Origin: Eledone cirrhosa
Lineage: Eukaryota
NCBI GenBank assembly: GCA_964016885.1
Contig: OZ024750.1
Span: 310,001-374,000, forward strand
Direction of reading: 5' to 3'
Length of the DNA stretch: 64,000 nucleotides
The first letter of the stretch is position 1. The number at the start of each line of letters is the position of its first letter. A program made the position numbers and the translations under genes. Positions 1-13,937 of the stretch are shown one piece after another. A model generated the notes under the pieces. It was not told where the DNA came from. It was given only the letters and a program-made list of their open reading frames with translations, and did not search any database.

Positions 1-341
1 TAGACACAAGGTTATATAGAGAGATTTATAGAGACAAGGTTGTATATATACTTATAGACACAAGGTTATATATATACTTATAGACACAAGGTTATATAGA
101 GAGATTTATAGAGACAAGGTTGTATATATACTTATAGAGACAAGGTTGTATATAGAGATTTATATAGACACAAGATTATATATTGAGATTTATAGTGACA
201 AGGTTATACATAGAGATTTATAGACACAAGGTTATGCATAGAGATTTATAGAGACAAGATTGTATATAGAGATTTATATAGACACAAGATTATATATAGA
301 GATTTATAGTGACACAAGGTTGTATATAGAGATTTATAGAG
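1..341. repeat. Degenerate minisatellite (~20-28 bp units, tagagatttatagacacaaggttgtata)
   Basis: Recurrent gacacaaggtt/gagatttata motifs, running off the window start. Confidence 0.85.
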
Positions 342-1339
342 AGTGTTTACCCTCCAATTGTGTAGTGTTCTATTTCTAAATATCAACAATGTCCAATACT
401 AGATTTAAAGTCTGGAACTTCATTTAAAAAATAATATCTCCAAGATAATGATGTCTTCAGCCTGAGAGACAGTATATATTGAAGAGAACACTTGAGAAAG
501 ATCAAAGATTGACACGATTGAAATGTGTAAATTGAAACACAAATGATGTTAATAGTTTGGGAAAGTTTAAAAACTGTACAAATTGGATAAGAAGTCATTC
601 CATCACCTAGAGGACAAATGAAATATATTTGACAAGACAAGTGTGAGTTAAGGAAACAATTGTGGAAGATTCAGGAAAATACTAAGACAATAAACTTGTA
701 ATTGAAGATAACAATGTTTCTTTTTTTAAAATCTGATTTCAGCAAATACTCTGCAACAATATTTACTAGTAGAGGCAACTAGCTACAATTAGAAAATGCA
801 ACTTCAAATAAATCATTTTTTATCAAAGCCATGCTAATCTGGAAAATAAATGTGAAGTATGGTTGAAGGAGTGTGATGATGAAACTTAATCAATAGGAAC
901 TTGAAATGTGTACGTCCCAACACAATCGATGATAATAATAGTCGATCATTATAAATAATAGTTGAGAAAGTCTGGTAAAATATTCCTGACAACAGGAACA
1001 AATGGATAGAGGCTTGCTTGCTAATACCCCAGTTCACCTTTTTGCTTCTTGGGGCACTTTACCCAATTTTCTCAATTATTATTTATGGTCATTTGCATTG
1101 GGATGTACACATTTCAAATTTTCCAAATGTTTCTAAGTCAACTGCTTTGTTTACTTAATAGTGTGATTTCTGATGAAAATAAAAAAAAATCTGGATCTGA
1201 ATAATGATGTTTTACTTTGATGTCTCACTTCAGCATCAGCTAGAATTCTGTGAATAAATTTAATAAAAGCACCAACTGAAGTTCTTTACAGTTAAAAACA
1301 TCAACTAAAATTCACCATCACTGCTAGGTTATACAAATA

Positions 1340-2117
1340 TTGTATATACTCATATATTAGCCGGGAAATATGTGACAAAAAAAAAAAGGTAAAACAGGGG
1401 GTGGGGGATTTATATTCATGGTCAATATTTTGCCAATTTTCACCAACTTCAAAATTCTACGTAAATGAAGTGCTAAAATATTGTCGCTTTTGAGGTGAAT
1501 ATTACACCAGTTTCACTTTGGAGTTGAATATTACACCAGTTTCACTTTGGAGTTGAATATTACACTAGTTTCACTTTGGAGGTGAATATTTCACTAGTTT
1601 CACTTTGGAGGTGAATATTACACTAGTTTCACTTTGGAGGTGAATATTACACTAGTTTCACTTTGGAGGTGAATATTACACTAGTTTCACTTTGGAGGGG
1701 AATATTACACTAGTTTCACTTTGAAGGTGAATATTACACCAGTTTCACTTTGGAGGGGAATATTACACTAGTTTCACTTTGGAGGTGAATATTACACCAG
1801 TTTCACTTTGGAGGGGAATATTACACCAGTTTCACTTTGGAGGGAAATATTACACCAGTTTCACTTTGGTAAAAAAAATCTTTACGTAATGGAATTATGA
1901 AACAAAAATTATACACTAAACGACACTTAAAACATTTTAAATATCAAAATATTAAAACTTTATATTCTCCACTTATGAGAATTTCAAAACTGCATCATCT
2001 CAACATACTGTGTTGATTAGATGCCTCAAGTTATAAACGTGGTTTGGATATTTGCCCATTCGTCAGGGATAAAATGGAGCAGCCAGGTGGGGGGGATTTA
2101 TATATGAGTATATACAA
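1340..2117. mobile_element. Tc1/mariner-type MITE with an internal 29-bp minisatellite
   Basis: Inverted ends ta|ttgtatatactcatata ... tatatgagtatatacaa|ta with flanking TA; related partial copies near 8975-9075, 28600-28812, 31455-31548 and 48233-48330. Confidence 0.8.
1492..1869. repeat. 29-bp tandem repeat, ~13 copies (ggaggtgaatattacactagtttcacttt)
   Basis: Direct periodicity of 29 nt. Confidence 0.95.
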
Positions 2118-3339
2118 TAAGTAAAATGTTCAAGATTCAATACAAAAATCTCATCAGAATATGAAAGCAATGAAAAATGCACAGAATACCAGACCTGTAA
2201 AACTTTAAAAACTCAAACGAGGAGTACTATGAAAAAAAAGTGCCCAAAAATAAGGACAAATGAGTCAAAATGGGGAGATTTTACATAATGAAAGCTATAC
2301 CCATTTTCACAAGAGAAGACATCTCTCACCTACCCGAAAGTGGGTGGGAGATCTTCCCATCGGACTGGGAGAGTTGACAGGTCTGGAATACAGAAGGCTG
2401 AATATTTCTTGTTAAATTATCTTAAGAGTTAACATAGTTGATACTGATGCTCCAGAGCTTACAATTTTTATCGAGAAATTCCTACCTAAAATGTCTCATT
2501 AGCTAATTATTTCTGAAACATTAAAAAAAAAAGGAGTTGGATAGAGCCGATATTTTTAGGGGCAAGTCAATTAAAAGTAAAAATAAATAATAGGAATCAT
2601 AGGTAATACTCTAAATCTATCATTATACATGATATCAGAAAAGAATATCCATCTTAAATTTGTAATTAAATTGTGTAATAGATCTCAAGGGGACCAAATC
2701 AACCTCACCTTCATGCAGTGGTCCCTGGGAAAGCTTTTGATATAATACTTTGCTATTGAGGTGCTGTGTATGAAAAAATATATTGATGAATGATAATGAC
2801 AGCATACATACACACACACGCACATGTAACTGTTCATGGTATATTTGCTGACCATTAGACATGAAAATAAGAAGAATAGATCCCAAACTACAAAGACTCA
2901 CCATTTTAATTATCAATGTGTGAGAAAGATTACACAGACATGTTATTTGAAAGATATCTATTAGGTGGTAGACATGGGGTGTGTATCCCATCTGAGAAAG
3001 GAACCCCATGCAGGGGAGCAGTTAATGTAGCGGATGTTGCTGGCTCTTCTCCATGACAATGTTTTCACTATCTTGTCAACAGCTGAAGATATACCACCTA
3101 AACAGGGCTGTAGATTCTACCATTACACCCTCTCCCTCTCAATAAGGATGAGAAGAGACCAGACCAGATTTTTGAATACAACAGTGGTTGTCAGTTCTGA
3201 GTAGTAAAGTGGCTCACCTATGACAGACTACATGGAAACAAAGCCATTTCTTAAACTTGTTAGATTTACATTAAAAAATCCCTTGAGTGCCTTTAGCAGT
3301 TTCCACTCTGTCACAAACATTCAAGTTAGGTCCCTGGCT

Positions 3340-3614
3340 TGAGATTACCTTCTGGAGGCTCATCAGGCCGGTGCTTACCCCGGTTTCATGGCATGAAGTG
3401 ACTGAGAGTACAAAACTTCCCCTGGAGAGGACACCAGTCCATTACAGGGTTAAACCTCCAGCTATTACTGGTACTCACTTTCAGCTGAGTATACTGGAGC
3501 AACAGCAACATGAAATGAAGTGTTTTGCTCCAGAACACAACTCAGCCCAGGAATCAAACCCATAACATTATGATTGTAGGTCCAACACCTTACCACTAGC
3601 CACGTACCTCCACT
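3340..3614 (-). mobile_element. tRNA-derived SINE (family S3)
   Basis: Pol III A/B-box-like head (tggctagtggtaagg / ggtttgattcc); homologous to + strand copies at 29646 and 31177. Confidence 0.8.
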
Positions 3615-3856
3615 ACAATATATATATATATATACATAAATGAAACTTCACAATGAGTATTCCAGTTACCTTAAAGTAATCTTCAAGCAGAATCAGTATG
3701 ACCCTGTATATGATATAACTCTCCCTCTGAAATTGAAGTAGTATCTATCTGACAGGCATCCATGCAGTTGCTGTCTACTAAATTTCACACACAAGGCTTA
3801 AGTCAACACCAGTCTATGGTAAAAGACATTTGACTAACTGAGATCTAACAAAGACT

Positions 3857-4095
3857 GAGTAGTAGCAGTAGTAGTAATAGTAGTAAAAAATAGTTGTAAC
3901 AGTAGTAGTAATAGTAGAAGAAATAGTTGTTGTAGAAATAGTAGTAGTAGTAGTAGTAGTAGCAGCAGCAGCAGTAGCAGTAATAGTCGTAGCAGTAATA
4001 GTAGTAGTAGTAGTAGTAGTAGTAGCAGCAGCAGCAGCAGCAGTAGTAGTAGCAGTAGTAGTAGTAGTAGTAGCAGCAGCAGCAGTAACAGCAGT
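3857..4095. repeat. (AGT)n/(AGC)n compound microsatellite
   Basis: Seen directly. Confidence 0.95.
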
Positions 4096-4490
4096 GGGAT
4101 TACTAGTTAAACTTGGCTATTTCAAGACATGCCAGACTTGTCAGAGAAACATGCAATGACATAGAGATCTTATTGAAATATGCCAAGTTATATTTTGCTA
4201 TTCAGAGAATGTGGTTAATATTCACCGTCTCCAGCTGTTGGTGACTTCCTTCTTTGCAGCCCTGAAAACCAATTAGTGATTGACAATTGACAATAACACA
4301 ACAGATACTTAAAATCAGAGGCTCTCAAAGTAGGCACTACCATCCCTCATGGGGGGGGGGGGGGCATTAGGAAGGTCTAGGGGGTTAGAGATGATATATA
4401 TTAAATATCAAATGATACATATATAAATATAGTAAAATAAAGAATATATATTTTTATACTTTGGGAGCGTCATGCTGTCAATAAAAACAC

Positions 4491-4647
4491 ATGCCCTGTT
4501 CATTTCCACTTCAATTTATTATTAATTTTCGGTTGGTTCAATAACCAGAGGGTTGTTTTTATATTGTCAAAGCTCTTTCGTCACCTGGTTATTGAACCAA
4601 TCAACTGGAAATTTATAATAAATTGAAGTGAAAACCAACAGGTGCAT
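4491..4647. mobile_element. Palindromic (fold-back) MITE
   Basis: Arms cacttcaatttatta...ttggttcaataaccag / ctggttattgaaccaa...taataaattgaagtg. Confidence 0.75.
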
Positions 4648-7441
4648 CATCATCATCGTTTAACGTCCATATTCCACACTTGCATGGGTTTGGACGGGAG
4701 TTTTCCCACTTGGAGCAAGAGTGGTTGTCTTGCTCGCATAGGACTGTCTGGCGGGTTTTCTACGGCTGGATGCCCTTCCTAACACCAACCACGTTTACAG
4801 TGTGGACTGGGAGGCTTTTACCGTGTTACCTACACGGCCACATTACAGCGTGGACTGTGTGTTTTTTTTTTTCGTGACACCTACACAACCTCATTTGTTT
4901 CAGACTGGATGTTGTGGTACCAACATAACTTTACATTGAAAGGGGTGGTGTGGATGGGGTGGGGGTGTATTTTGTTAGAGGTGCCTACTGACTGTAGTGG
5001 GTTTCACTTTGTACTTAGGTAAGGCGGGTCTTCTCTATTACTGTGTAGCGCCAAAGATCTCGGTCCAGTGACATTGTCTTGGAGAGGTGTAAGTGTGTGA
5101 GGTCGGAATTTATCAAGTCGTCCCAGGTTTTTCTGGGTCTGCCTACTCCGTGGCTACCGTCTATTTTTATTGCCCTGCACTTTTTTATACAGCTGTCGTC
5201 TTTCATGCACATCACGTGACCATACCAACGTAGTCTTCTCTCGAGTAAACAACATCTGATCCCACTTATTTCTAACTTTTCCCTTAGTTCGTTTATGCTT
5301 TGCCGTTCACGTATATTACTATTACACATCCAGCGGAGCATGCAAGCTTCGTTCCTCTCCAGTCTGCGTATATCCTCTGCACACAATGCCCAGGTCTCAG
5401 TGCCATGTAACATTGCTGTTCGTATGCAGGCATCATACAGCCTGCCTTTTATTTTTAGAGAGAACCCTTTAGCGGCTAATAGTGGTATAAGCTCTCTGAA
5501 CTTTTTCCATCCAGTTCTGACTCTAGCTACTGTACTTTCAGAGCACCCTCCCCCACTGCTGATTTTGTCACCCAGGTAATGGAAGCTGTCTACTATTTCT
5601 ATAGAACCATCTGTGCAATGGAATGAGCTAGTATTCTGTGAGCACTTGCTGCTACTTATTGCACCAGAGCACCGGCCACATATAAAATCTATGTTCTTAG
5701 TTAGCTTACCTGTGATCCCACTACATCTTTTATGCACCCATACTTTGCATTTGGGACATAAAATGGAGTTTCTACCTACTCCTTTCCTACACACTGAGCA
5801 TTGCCATTACCCGGATGGGACCGGTGCCCTATTTTCCTTCCTACAAACTAGAACTTTAGTCTTAGACAGGTTCATTTTAAGGCCTTTTGATTCTAGGCCA
5901 TGCTTCCATGTTTGGAATTTCTTCTCTAGTTCGGCCATTGATTCAGCTATGAGCGTTAGATCATCTGCGTATAGGAGTTCCCATGGGCAGCCGGTCTTGA
6001 ACTCCTCTGTTATAGCCTGAAGGGCAATAATAAATAGTAGGGGGCTAAGGACGGAGCCCTGATGAACACCAACTTTTACGCTAAACTCTTCACTATATTC
6101 GTTGTTAATTCTAACCTTGCTGACTGTTTCTTTATACATGGCTTGTATAGCTCTCACAAGCCATTCATCAACACCTAGTTTTCTAAGAGCCCTCCAGATA
6201 ATGGAACGGGGGACTTTGTTGAAGGCTTTCTCCAAGTCGACAAAAGCTAAGTATAGGGGTTTACTTTTAGCTAGTAGTTGCCGTACAATGAAAAGAGCAT
6301 CTGTGGTACTTTTACCTGACACAAACTCGAACTGCATTTCGTCTAGATCAATTGCGCTATTACTTTTTCTGTGACCTTCATGACCTGGTCGATTAATTTA
6401 ATGCCTCTATAGTTACTCCTATCTAGGGCATCTCCTTTACCCTTGTAGCAGTTAATGATGATGCTGCTACGCCAGTCCTTCGGAACGACCCCATTCTGTA
6501 TGACTTGGTTTACTATCCGGGTGACCATGGTGTGTCCCACCGTTCCAGAAGCTTTCAGCATTTCAGCAACTATTTCCGAAGGCCCAGCCGCCTTACTCGT
6601 CTTCATATCTTTGATTGCCTTACTTATTATACTACCTTCGACTAACACTGCTGGTCCCTCTATTGGGTCGATGTGGGGGAGACTGTCTTTCTCCCATTTA
6701 TTCTCCTCATTTAGTAGCCTTTCAGTGATGGCAAGTACACCATCATCATTAAGGACACACTTCTCCCCGACAATATCACGGTTTTCCTTGACACATTGCC
6801 TAGCAATCCTGAACACCTTACGTTTTTGGTCCTCGCGTTGTAGAACATGCTTGAACTTTCTTTCCTCTGCTTCTCTTCTTGCGAAGTACACTTGTCTCCT
6901 AGCCTCCATCCTGGCCACTTGATAGTCTTCGCTACTTCCCCCATCCCGCCATACTTTCCAAGCCTGTTTTTTGGCCTTAATTGACTCCTCCACCTTACTG
7001 TTCCACCACAATGTTACTCTCCTCCTGCCTATAGACCTGCTCCAGCCACAGACTTCGTCTGCCGCCATCAGCAGGTTTGCTTTCAGGAATTCCCACTGTT
7101 CCTCTATATTGTACGACTCTAAATGCTCTTCCTTACTGTCGAAAGCATCAAGTAATATACTTTTAAATTTATTTCTGGCTGTGCGGTCCTTTAGCTTCCA
7201 TATTTTTCTCCTGAGGATAGTCCTCTTCTGTTGTCGAGTACGTCTCGTCCTGACTATGAGGTCGCTAATTATCAGTCTATGTTGGGAGGTGCATTCTTCA
7301 TGGGGGAGGGATTTAGTGTTTACAATAGACACTCTGTCACGTCTTCTGGTAAGGATATAATCTACCTGGCTGGTATGTTCCCCTGATCTGTAGGTGATCA
7401 AGTGATTATCTCGTTTTTTTAAGTTAGTGTTACAGATGTGC
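4646..7441 (-). mobile_element. RTE-clade LINE family A, 5'-truncated and inactivated (APE C-part, RT, PHD-like finger, long 3'UTR, (GAT)n tail)
   Basis: ORFs 6343..7443, 5807..6337 and 5015..5794 with QVDYIL, AFVDLEKAF, GVHQGSVLSPLLF, LLYADD, RRLRWYGH, GRPRKTW; frameshift near 6350, stop at 5807; tail ggacgttaaacgatgatg. Confidence 0.95.
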
Positions 7442-7564
7442 ATGTTTTTATTGGCAGCATGACCCTCCCAAAGTATAACAATATCTGTTTCAACACGTTT
7501 TCAAATTAAAAATCTTGCAAAACAAATTCAAAAACGAAGTGTATAATATCTATTTATTATATAC

Positions 7565-7744
7565 AGTATCGGTAGAGGGTCTGACGCCATGCTTTGCAGC
7601 AAAGAGTTACGGCCCTTGCCATTCTGAGTTCAAATCCCACCGAGGTTAACTTTACCTTTCATCCTTACGGGGTCGATAAAAATAAAGTACCAGTAATACA
7701 CTGAGATAATTGCTGGCCTTGTGCCAAAAGTAGAAACAATTATT
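7565..7744 (+). mobile_element. tRNA-derived SINE family S1
   Basis: B-box gagttcaaatccc, body cctttcatccttacggggtcgataaa, tail ggccttgtgccaaaagtagaaacaattatt; about a dozen copies in the window. Confidence 0.9.
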
Positions 7745-7764
7745 TATTATATATTTATTATATA

Positions 7765-8338
7765 CTAGCAGTGGTACCCGGCGTTGCACGGGATAAGGTA
7801 TTTTGAAATATATAACCGCCTTAGCTAAGCTTAGTATTGCCACAACCACTGCTGGCAAAGAAGTAAGGGTCTGGTGGTACGTAAGTAAGCAACACTGTGG
7901 CTTAAAACGTGAGGAAGAAGTTGTGTGCACTTACCAACTGTTTGGGGAATGAGTGTGAGATTTGTCTTGAGCACGGGTGGCAGAATAACCGGAGGAAGCA
8001 GACAGCCAGACATACAGACAGATATTATAAGGGCACATTCTGGACGCAGAGCGAATTGTAGGAAGTGATGTAATGCAGACAGCCAGACATACAGACATAT
8101 TATAAGGGCACAACGTTATATGTATGTATCTATCTAAAAAGAGAAAAACTAAGAATTATAGAGAGATTGCTTAATGCGGTCCCTAGGGCATTGAAAATTT
8201 GTAATTTCTTTTGCTCAGAACACTCCCTGAAACATAAGTATTACATGTGTAAAGTTTAAAAACAGTTGGTTGGGTGCTTCTCTAGTTTTAGGGATTCAAA
8301 CTCACACACACAGACATCCTCAGTTTTATATATATAGA
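7765..8338 (-). mobile_element. Non-autonomous Helitron
   Basis: Minus strand begins a|TCTATATATATAAAA and ends with hairpin CCCGTGCAACGCCGGG, 8 nt, CTAG|t; inserted between A and T without TSD. Confidence 0.85.
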
Positions 8339-9320
8339 TTATTTACAATTTGCGTGTAGGTAGGTCTCTCTGAAAATAGGGAGAGGGGAGGGGGGAGTGG
8401 TCCCAAAAGTTTGAGAACCTCTGCTTTAAAGCAATTTCTTATTATTAGAAAGATAACAGACAATTTCTCAAAACTAACAAAACACTAGATATATGGTAAC
8501 AACAACAACAACAATGAAAAACAAAGGAAAAAACAAGGGAATTTATAATAATTATTTAGCCTTGTGCCTAATTATTTGGAACTTGTACCTAAATCAGAAA
8601 CCATTATTTCAAAACCATTTTCTCTGGAAGTAGGATTAAATGGAAACTAAGAACATGTTTAATAAGAAATATAAAAACATCCTCAGAAACATCTCTCTTC
8701 TCCTTTTGGGACTTTTCCAATCTCCAGACAAACTTTATCTGATATTTTCCACTATTCTTTACAGTCTTCAACTAATATTATGGTCATTTGTGTTGGGGTG
8801 CACACATTTCAAATTTCATATTCAGCTTTGGTTTCAGTGACTCAAGAAAATAAAAGAGGTGGTGGCCACTTATTTAAGTCATAAAAAGGTAAGTTTATTT
8901 AATCCCGATGTTTGTTTGTGATAATGATGATGATGGTGGTGAAGGTGTTGGTGGTGGTGATGATGATGATGACTTGAATATAAGCCGACCCATTTATTTT
9001 ATGCCTGGGAAATAGACAAAAGTCCAGTCTTTATTTACATATAATTTGGTGAAAATCATCAAAATATTGACCCTGAAATTCAATACTAAAATATAGTATT
9101 GAATTTAGGTTCTAAATCCAAACTCCTATAGAGTCCAATAAGACTGAATATATTTTCAAATCTTAAATATATTGGCTACTCTCTTGTACTATATTGTAAT
9201 ATATCCCTCATTACTAATAATTTTTTTTTTTTTTTTCAAAATGAAAAGAATGTTTTAAGATGCTGCAAACCAATTTTTATTAAAGAATATTTAAAGCCCT
9301 AATGATAAAACAAAGAACTA

Positions 9321-9764
<444 letters not shown>

Positions 9765-9829
9765 TTATTAGCAATGAATAAACTTTTAAGAAAGATACCT
9801 TTTTCTAGAGATTATGAAAAAAATAAGTA

Positions 9830-10006
9830 CAGGGTGGGGCAAAAGTCACTTCCTATTAAAAAAAATTCATAATTTTTTTTATTATTAAAATTGAATAAAA
9901 ACAAGATCCAATTATGGAAAAATACATCCAAGAAAAATTAGTTTTGAGTTAATTTGTAATGCTTTATTAAAAAAAATAGGTAAGAAGTGACTTTTGGCCC
10001 ACCCTG
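9830..10006. mobile_element. Tc1/mariner MITE
   Basis: TIRs cagggtggggcaaaagtcactt / aagtgacttttggcccaccctg with TA TSD on both sides. Confidence 0.9.
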
Positions 10007-10393
10007 TACTTCACTTTAAAACAACTTGGCATGGGTTGGATAGGTCATTACAGTTTGAATCAGTTCTTATTCAGGGTTGCTGCCCTCTTAGAAAAGTTGA
10101 AAGACTATGCCTTGTTTGTAAGTTCCACTTATTGCTGGATGCTCCTCCCCAAAATAATCACTTTTCTCATTCCTTTTAAAACCCAAGAAATTCTGTATTT
10201 TCCAAGATCTATATTGCCACCACTTTCACAGAATAGAATAGGATATAGATGTTAGGGTTTTTATCCTTCAATTGCAGAGCTGAAGGGTCCTCCTAACTCC
10301 TTGTTTGGCAAGCTTTCTACAGTTAGGTGCCCTTCCTAATACCAAATACTTTACAGTGTGTACTGGGTGCTTTTATTGTGTAGTAAAACTGAC

Positions 10394-10464
10394 CTGACTG
10401 GGTACCCAAGTTGCTCAGTGGCAGTGGCAGCTCTCTTTACACCCTCTTCATTTACAGCTATAAC
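10394..10464 (-). CDS. SEC14L1: SEC14-like 1 coding exon (CRAL-TRIO), 71 nt
   Basis: VIAVNEEGVKRAATATEQLGYPV(S); acceptor tttctag, donor CAG|gtcagt; phases fit both neighbours. Confidence 0.9.
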
Positions 10465-10594
10465 CTAGAAAATAAGAACATTAAAAACAATATTTAAATG
10501 AATACACATTGAAATCACATATGAAATAAAGTGATGTAAGATACACTGTATTTCAAAAAAAGATGAGATGGTCATAGTTGGACTGTCTTGTGAA

Positions 10595-10820
10595 AGTGTG
10601 TGGCTTAGTGGTTAGAGAATTAGATTTGTAATCGTGAGGTTGCGAGTTTGATTCCTGAACTGGATGATGCATTATATCCTTGAGCAAGACACTTTATTTT
10701 GTGTTGATCTTTCTGCCAGTTGTTGCAACTGGTAGATAGTACTAGCAATGGAAAGACTGATGGAAAAGTTCCACCCAACTCGTAAAGCAAATGAAGTCTG
10801 GGAACTTGTCAACTGATTTC
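10595..10820 (+). mobile_element. tRNA-derived SINE (family S4); second copy at 32479-32700
   Basis: Head tgtggcttagtggttaga...gagtttgattcc; shared body ggtagatagta..agcaatggaaa. Confidence 0.75.
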
Positions 10821-10866
10821 TTTCTTCTTTCTTTCATTACCAGAGGTTTGCTTGATCAGAGCTGTC

Positions 10867-13170
10867 TTGGGGATTAGAAGAGAGGGACTATGGTAGAAAC
10901 TTGGGGATTAAAAGAGAGGGACTATGGTAGAAACTTGGGGATTAAAAGAGAGGGACTATGGTAGAAACTTGGGGATTAAAAGAGAGGGACTATGGTAGAA
11001 ACTTGGGGATTAAAAGAGAGGGACTATGGTAGAAACTTGGGGATTAGAAGAGAGGGACTATGGTAGAAACTTGGGGATTAAAAGAGAGGGACTATGGTAG
11101 AAACTTGGGGATTAAAAGAGAGGGACTATGGTAGAAACTTGGGGATTAGAAGAGAGGGACTATGGTAGAAACTTGGGGATTAAAAGAGAGGGACTATGGT
11201 AGAAACTTGGGGATTAAAAGAGAGGGACTATGGTAGAAACTTGGGGATTAAAAGAGAGGGACTATGGTAGAAACTTGGGGATTAAAAGAGAGGGACTATG
11301 GTAGAAACTTGGGGATTAGAAGAGAGGGACTATGGTAGAAACTTGGGGATTAAAAGAGAGGGACTATGGTAGAAACTTGGGGATTAAAAGAGAAGGACTA
11401 TGGTAGAAACTTGGGGATTAGAAGAGAGGGACTATGGTAGAAACTTGAGGATTAAAAGAGAGGGACTATGGTAGAAACTTGGGGATTAAAAGAGAGGGAC
11501 TATGGTAGAAACTTGGGGATTAAAAGAGAGGGACTATGGTAGAAACTTGGGGATTAGAAGAGAGAGACTATGGTAGAAACTTGAGGATTAAAAGAGAGGG
11601 ACTATGGTAGAAACTTGGGGATTAAAAGAGAGGGACTATGGTAGAAACTTGGGGATTAAAAGAGAGGGACTATGGTAGAAACTTGGGGATTAAAAGAGAG
11701 GGACTATGGTAGAAACTTGAGGATTAAAAGAGAGGGACTATGGTAGAAACTTGGGGATTAAAAGAGAGGGACTATGGTAGAAACTTGGGGATTAAAAGAG
11801 AGGGACTATGGTAGAAACTTGGGGATTAGAAGAGAGGGACTATGGTAGAAACTTGGGGATTAAAAGAGAGGGACTATGGTAGAAACTTGGGGATTAAAAG
11901 AGAGGGACTATGGTAGAAACTTGGGGATTAGAAGAGAGGGACTATGGTAGAAACTTGGGGATTAAAAGAGAGGGACTATGGTAGAAACTTGGGGATTAAA
12001 AGAGAGGGACTATGGTAGAAACTTGGGGATTAGAAGAGAGGGACTATGGTAGAAACTTGGGGATTAAAAGAGAGGGACTATGGTAGAAACTTGGGGATTA
12101 AAAGAGAGGGACTATGGTAGAAACTTGGGGATTAAAAGAGAGGGACTATGGTAGAAACTTGGGGATTAGAAGAGAGGGACTATGGTAGAAACTTGAGGAT
12201 TAAAAGAGAGGGACTATGGTAGAAACTTGGGGATTAAAAGAGAGGGACTATGGTAGAAACTTGGGGATTAGAAGAGAGGGACTATGGTAGAAACTTGGGG
12301 ATTAAAAGAGAGGGACTATGGTAGAAACTTGGGGATTAAAAGAGAGGGACTATGGTAGAAACTTGGGGATTAGAAGAGAGGGACTATGGTAGAAACTTGA
12401 GGATTAAAAGAGAGGGACTATGGTAGAAACTTGGGGATTAAAAGAGAGGGACTATGGTAGAAACTTGGGGATTAAAAGAGAGGGACTATGGTAGAAACTT
12501 GGGGATTAGAAGAGAGAGACTATGGTAGAAACTTGAGGATTAAAAGAGAGGGACTATGGTAGAAACTTGGGGATTAAAAGAGAGGGACTATGGTAGAAAC
12601 TTGGGGATTAAAAGAGAGGGACTATGGTAGAAACTTGGGGATTAAAAGAGAGGGACTATGGTAGAAACTTGAGGATTAAAAGAGAGGGACTATGGTAGAA
12701 ACTTGGGGATTAAAAGAGAGGGACTATGGTAGAAACTTGGGGATTAGAAGAGAGGGACTATGGTAGAAACTTGGGGATTAGAAGAGAGGGACTATGGTAG
12801 AAACTTGAGGATTAAAAGAGAGGGACTATGGTAGAAACTTGAGGATTAAAAGAGAGGGACTATGGTAGAAACTTGAGGATTAAAAGAGAGGGACTATGGT
12901 AGAAACTTGAGGATTAAAAGAGAGGGACTATGGTAGAAACTTGAGGATTAAAAGAGAGGGACTATGGTAGAAACTTGAGGATTAAAAGAGAGGGACTATG
13001 GTAGAAACTTGGGGATTAGAAGAAAGGGACTATGGTAGAAACTTGGGGATTAAAAGAGAGGGAGTATGGTAGAAACTTGGGGATTAAAAGAGAGGGAGTA
13101 TGGTAGAAACTTGGGGATTAAAAGAGAGGGAGTATGGTAGAAACTTGGGGATTAAAAGAAAGGGACTATG
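10867..13170. repeat. 34-bp minisatellite, ~68 copies (ggggattaaaagagagggactatggtagaaactt)
   Basis: Highly homogeneous 34-nt periodicity over ~2.3 kb. Confidence 0.98.
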
Positions 13171-13230
13171 ATAAAAGCAGGGAATGGGGTATTTATTTTC
13201 TGTTGAATATGAAAAGATTTGCTAAGTTCA

Positions 13231-13473
<243 letters not shown>

Positions 13474-13937
13474 CTAAAAGACTCTCATTGGTGAATATAA
13501 GATCTGATTTGTTTTTACACACCAGGAGCTTTTTAGTGTTAACGGTTGAAGTTAAAAAAAGTATAGCCTTCAGTTGAAATCCTCCTAAAAGCTGTTAGAA
13601 GTTGAAGGAACAAACAATAGATGTTACGGTATTTCTTCTCCTAAGTGTGAGGTTTCAGAATTTCAAAGGTAGAGACCATATGTATTACACAGAACATTTT
13701 TTTTATTTTAATGCAACAATAAAAAGCACCAGTCCACACTCTAACGTGGTTGGCATATGGAAGGGCATTCAGCTGTAGAAACAAGTCTAAACACAAATCC
13801 ATACGAGCAAGACATGATCATCTGACCTGACTTGTCTCATAATGCTGACAACCTGTCTAGCCCATGCAAATATGGTAAATAGACTTTAAATTAAATGATG
13901 ATGATGATGTGTATTATAAGGTTTTGAAATCACTAAC

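Larger units (their letters stand above)
4316..8423. mobile_element. hAT (Charlie-like) non-autonomous element interrupted by nested insertions
   Basis: Ends cagaggctctcaaa ... tttgagaacctctg; flanking 8-mers cttaaaat / ctttaaag match at 6/8 positions, a possible decayed TSD. Confidence 0.6.

Noticed and set aside
2635-3009. ORF containing YQKLSQGPLHE as a possible next SEC14L1 exon
   Set aside because: It lacks the expected GGLVPKS motif and convincing homology; the downstream exons probably lie left of the window.
10867-13170. CRISPR-like appearance of the 34-bp array (and the 17- and 29-bp arrays)
   Set aside because: Units are contiguous with no unique spacers, there are no cas genes, and the context is a eukaryotic intron.
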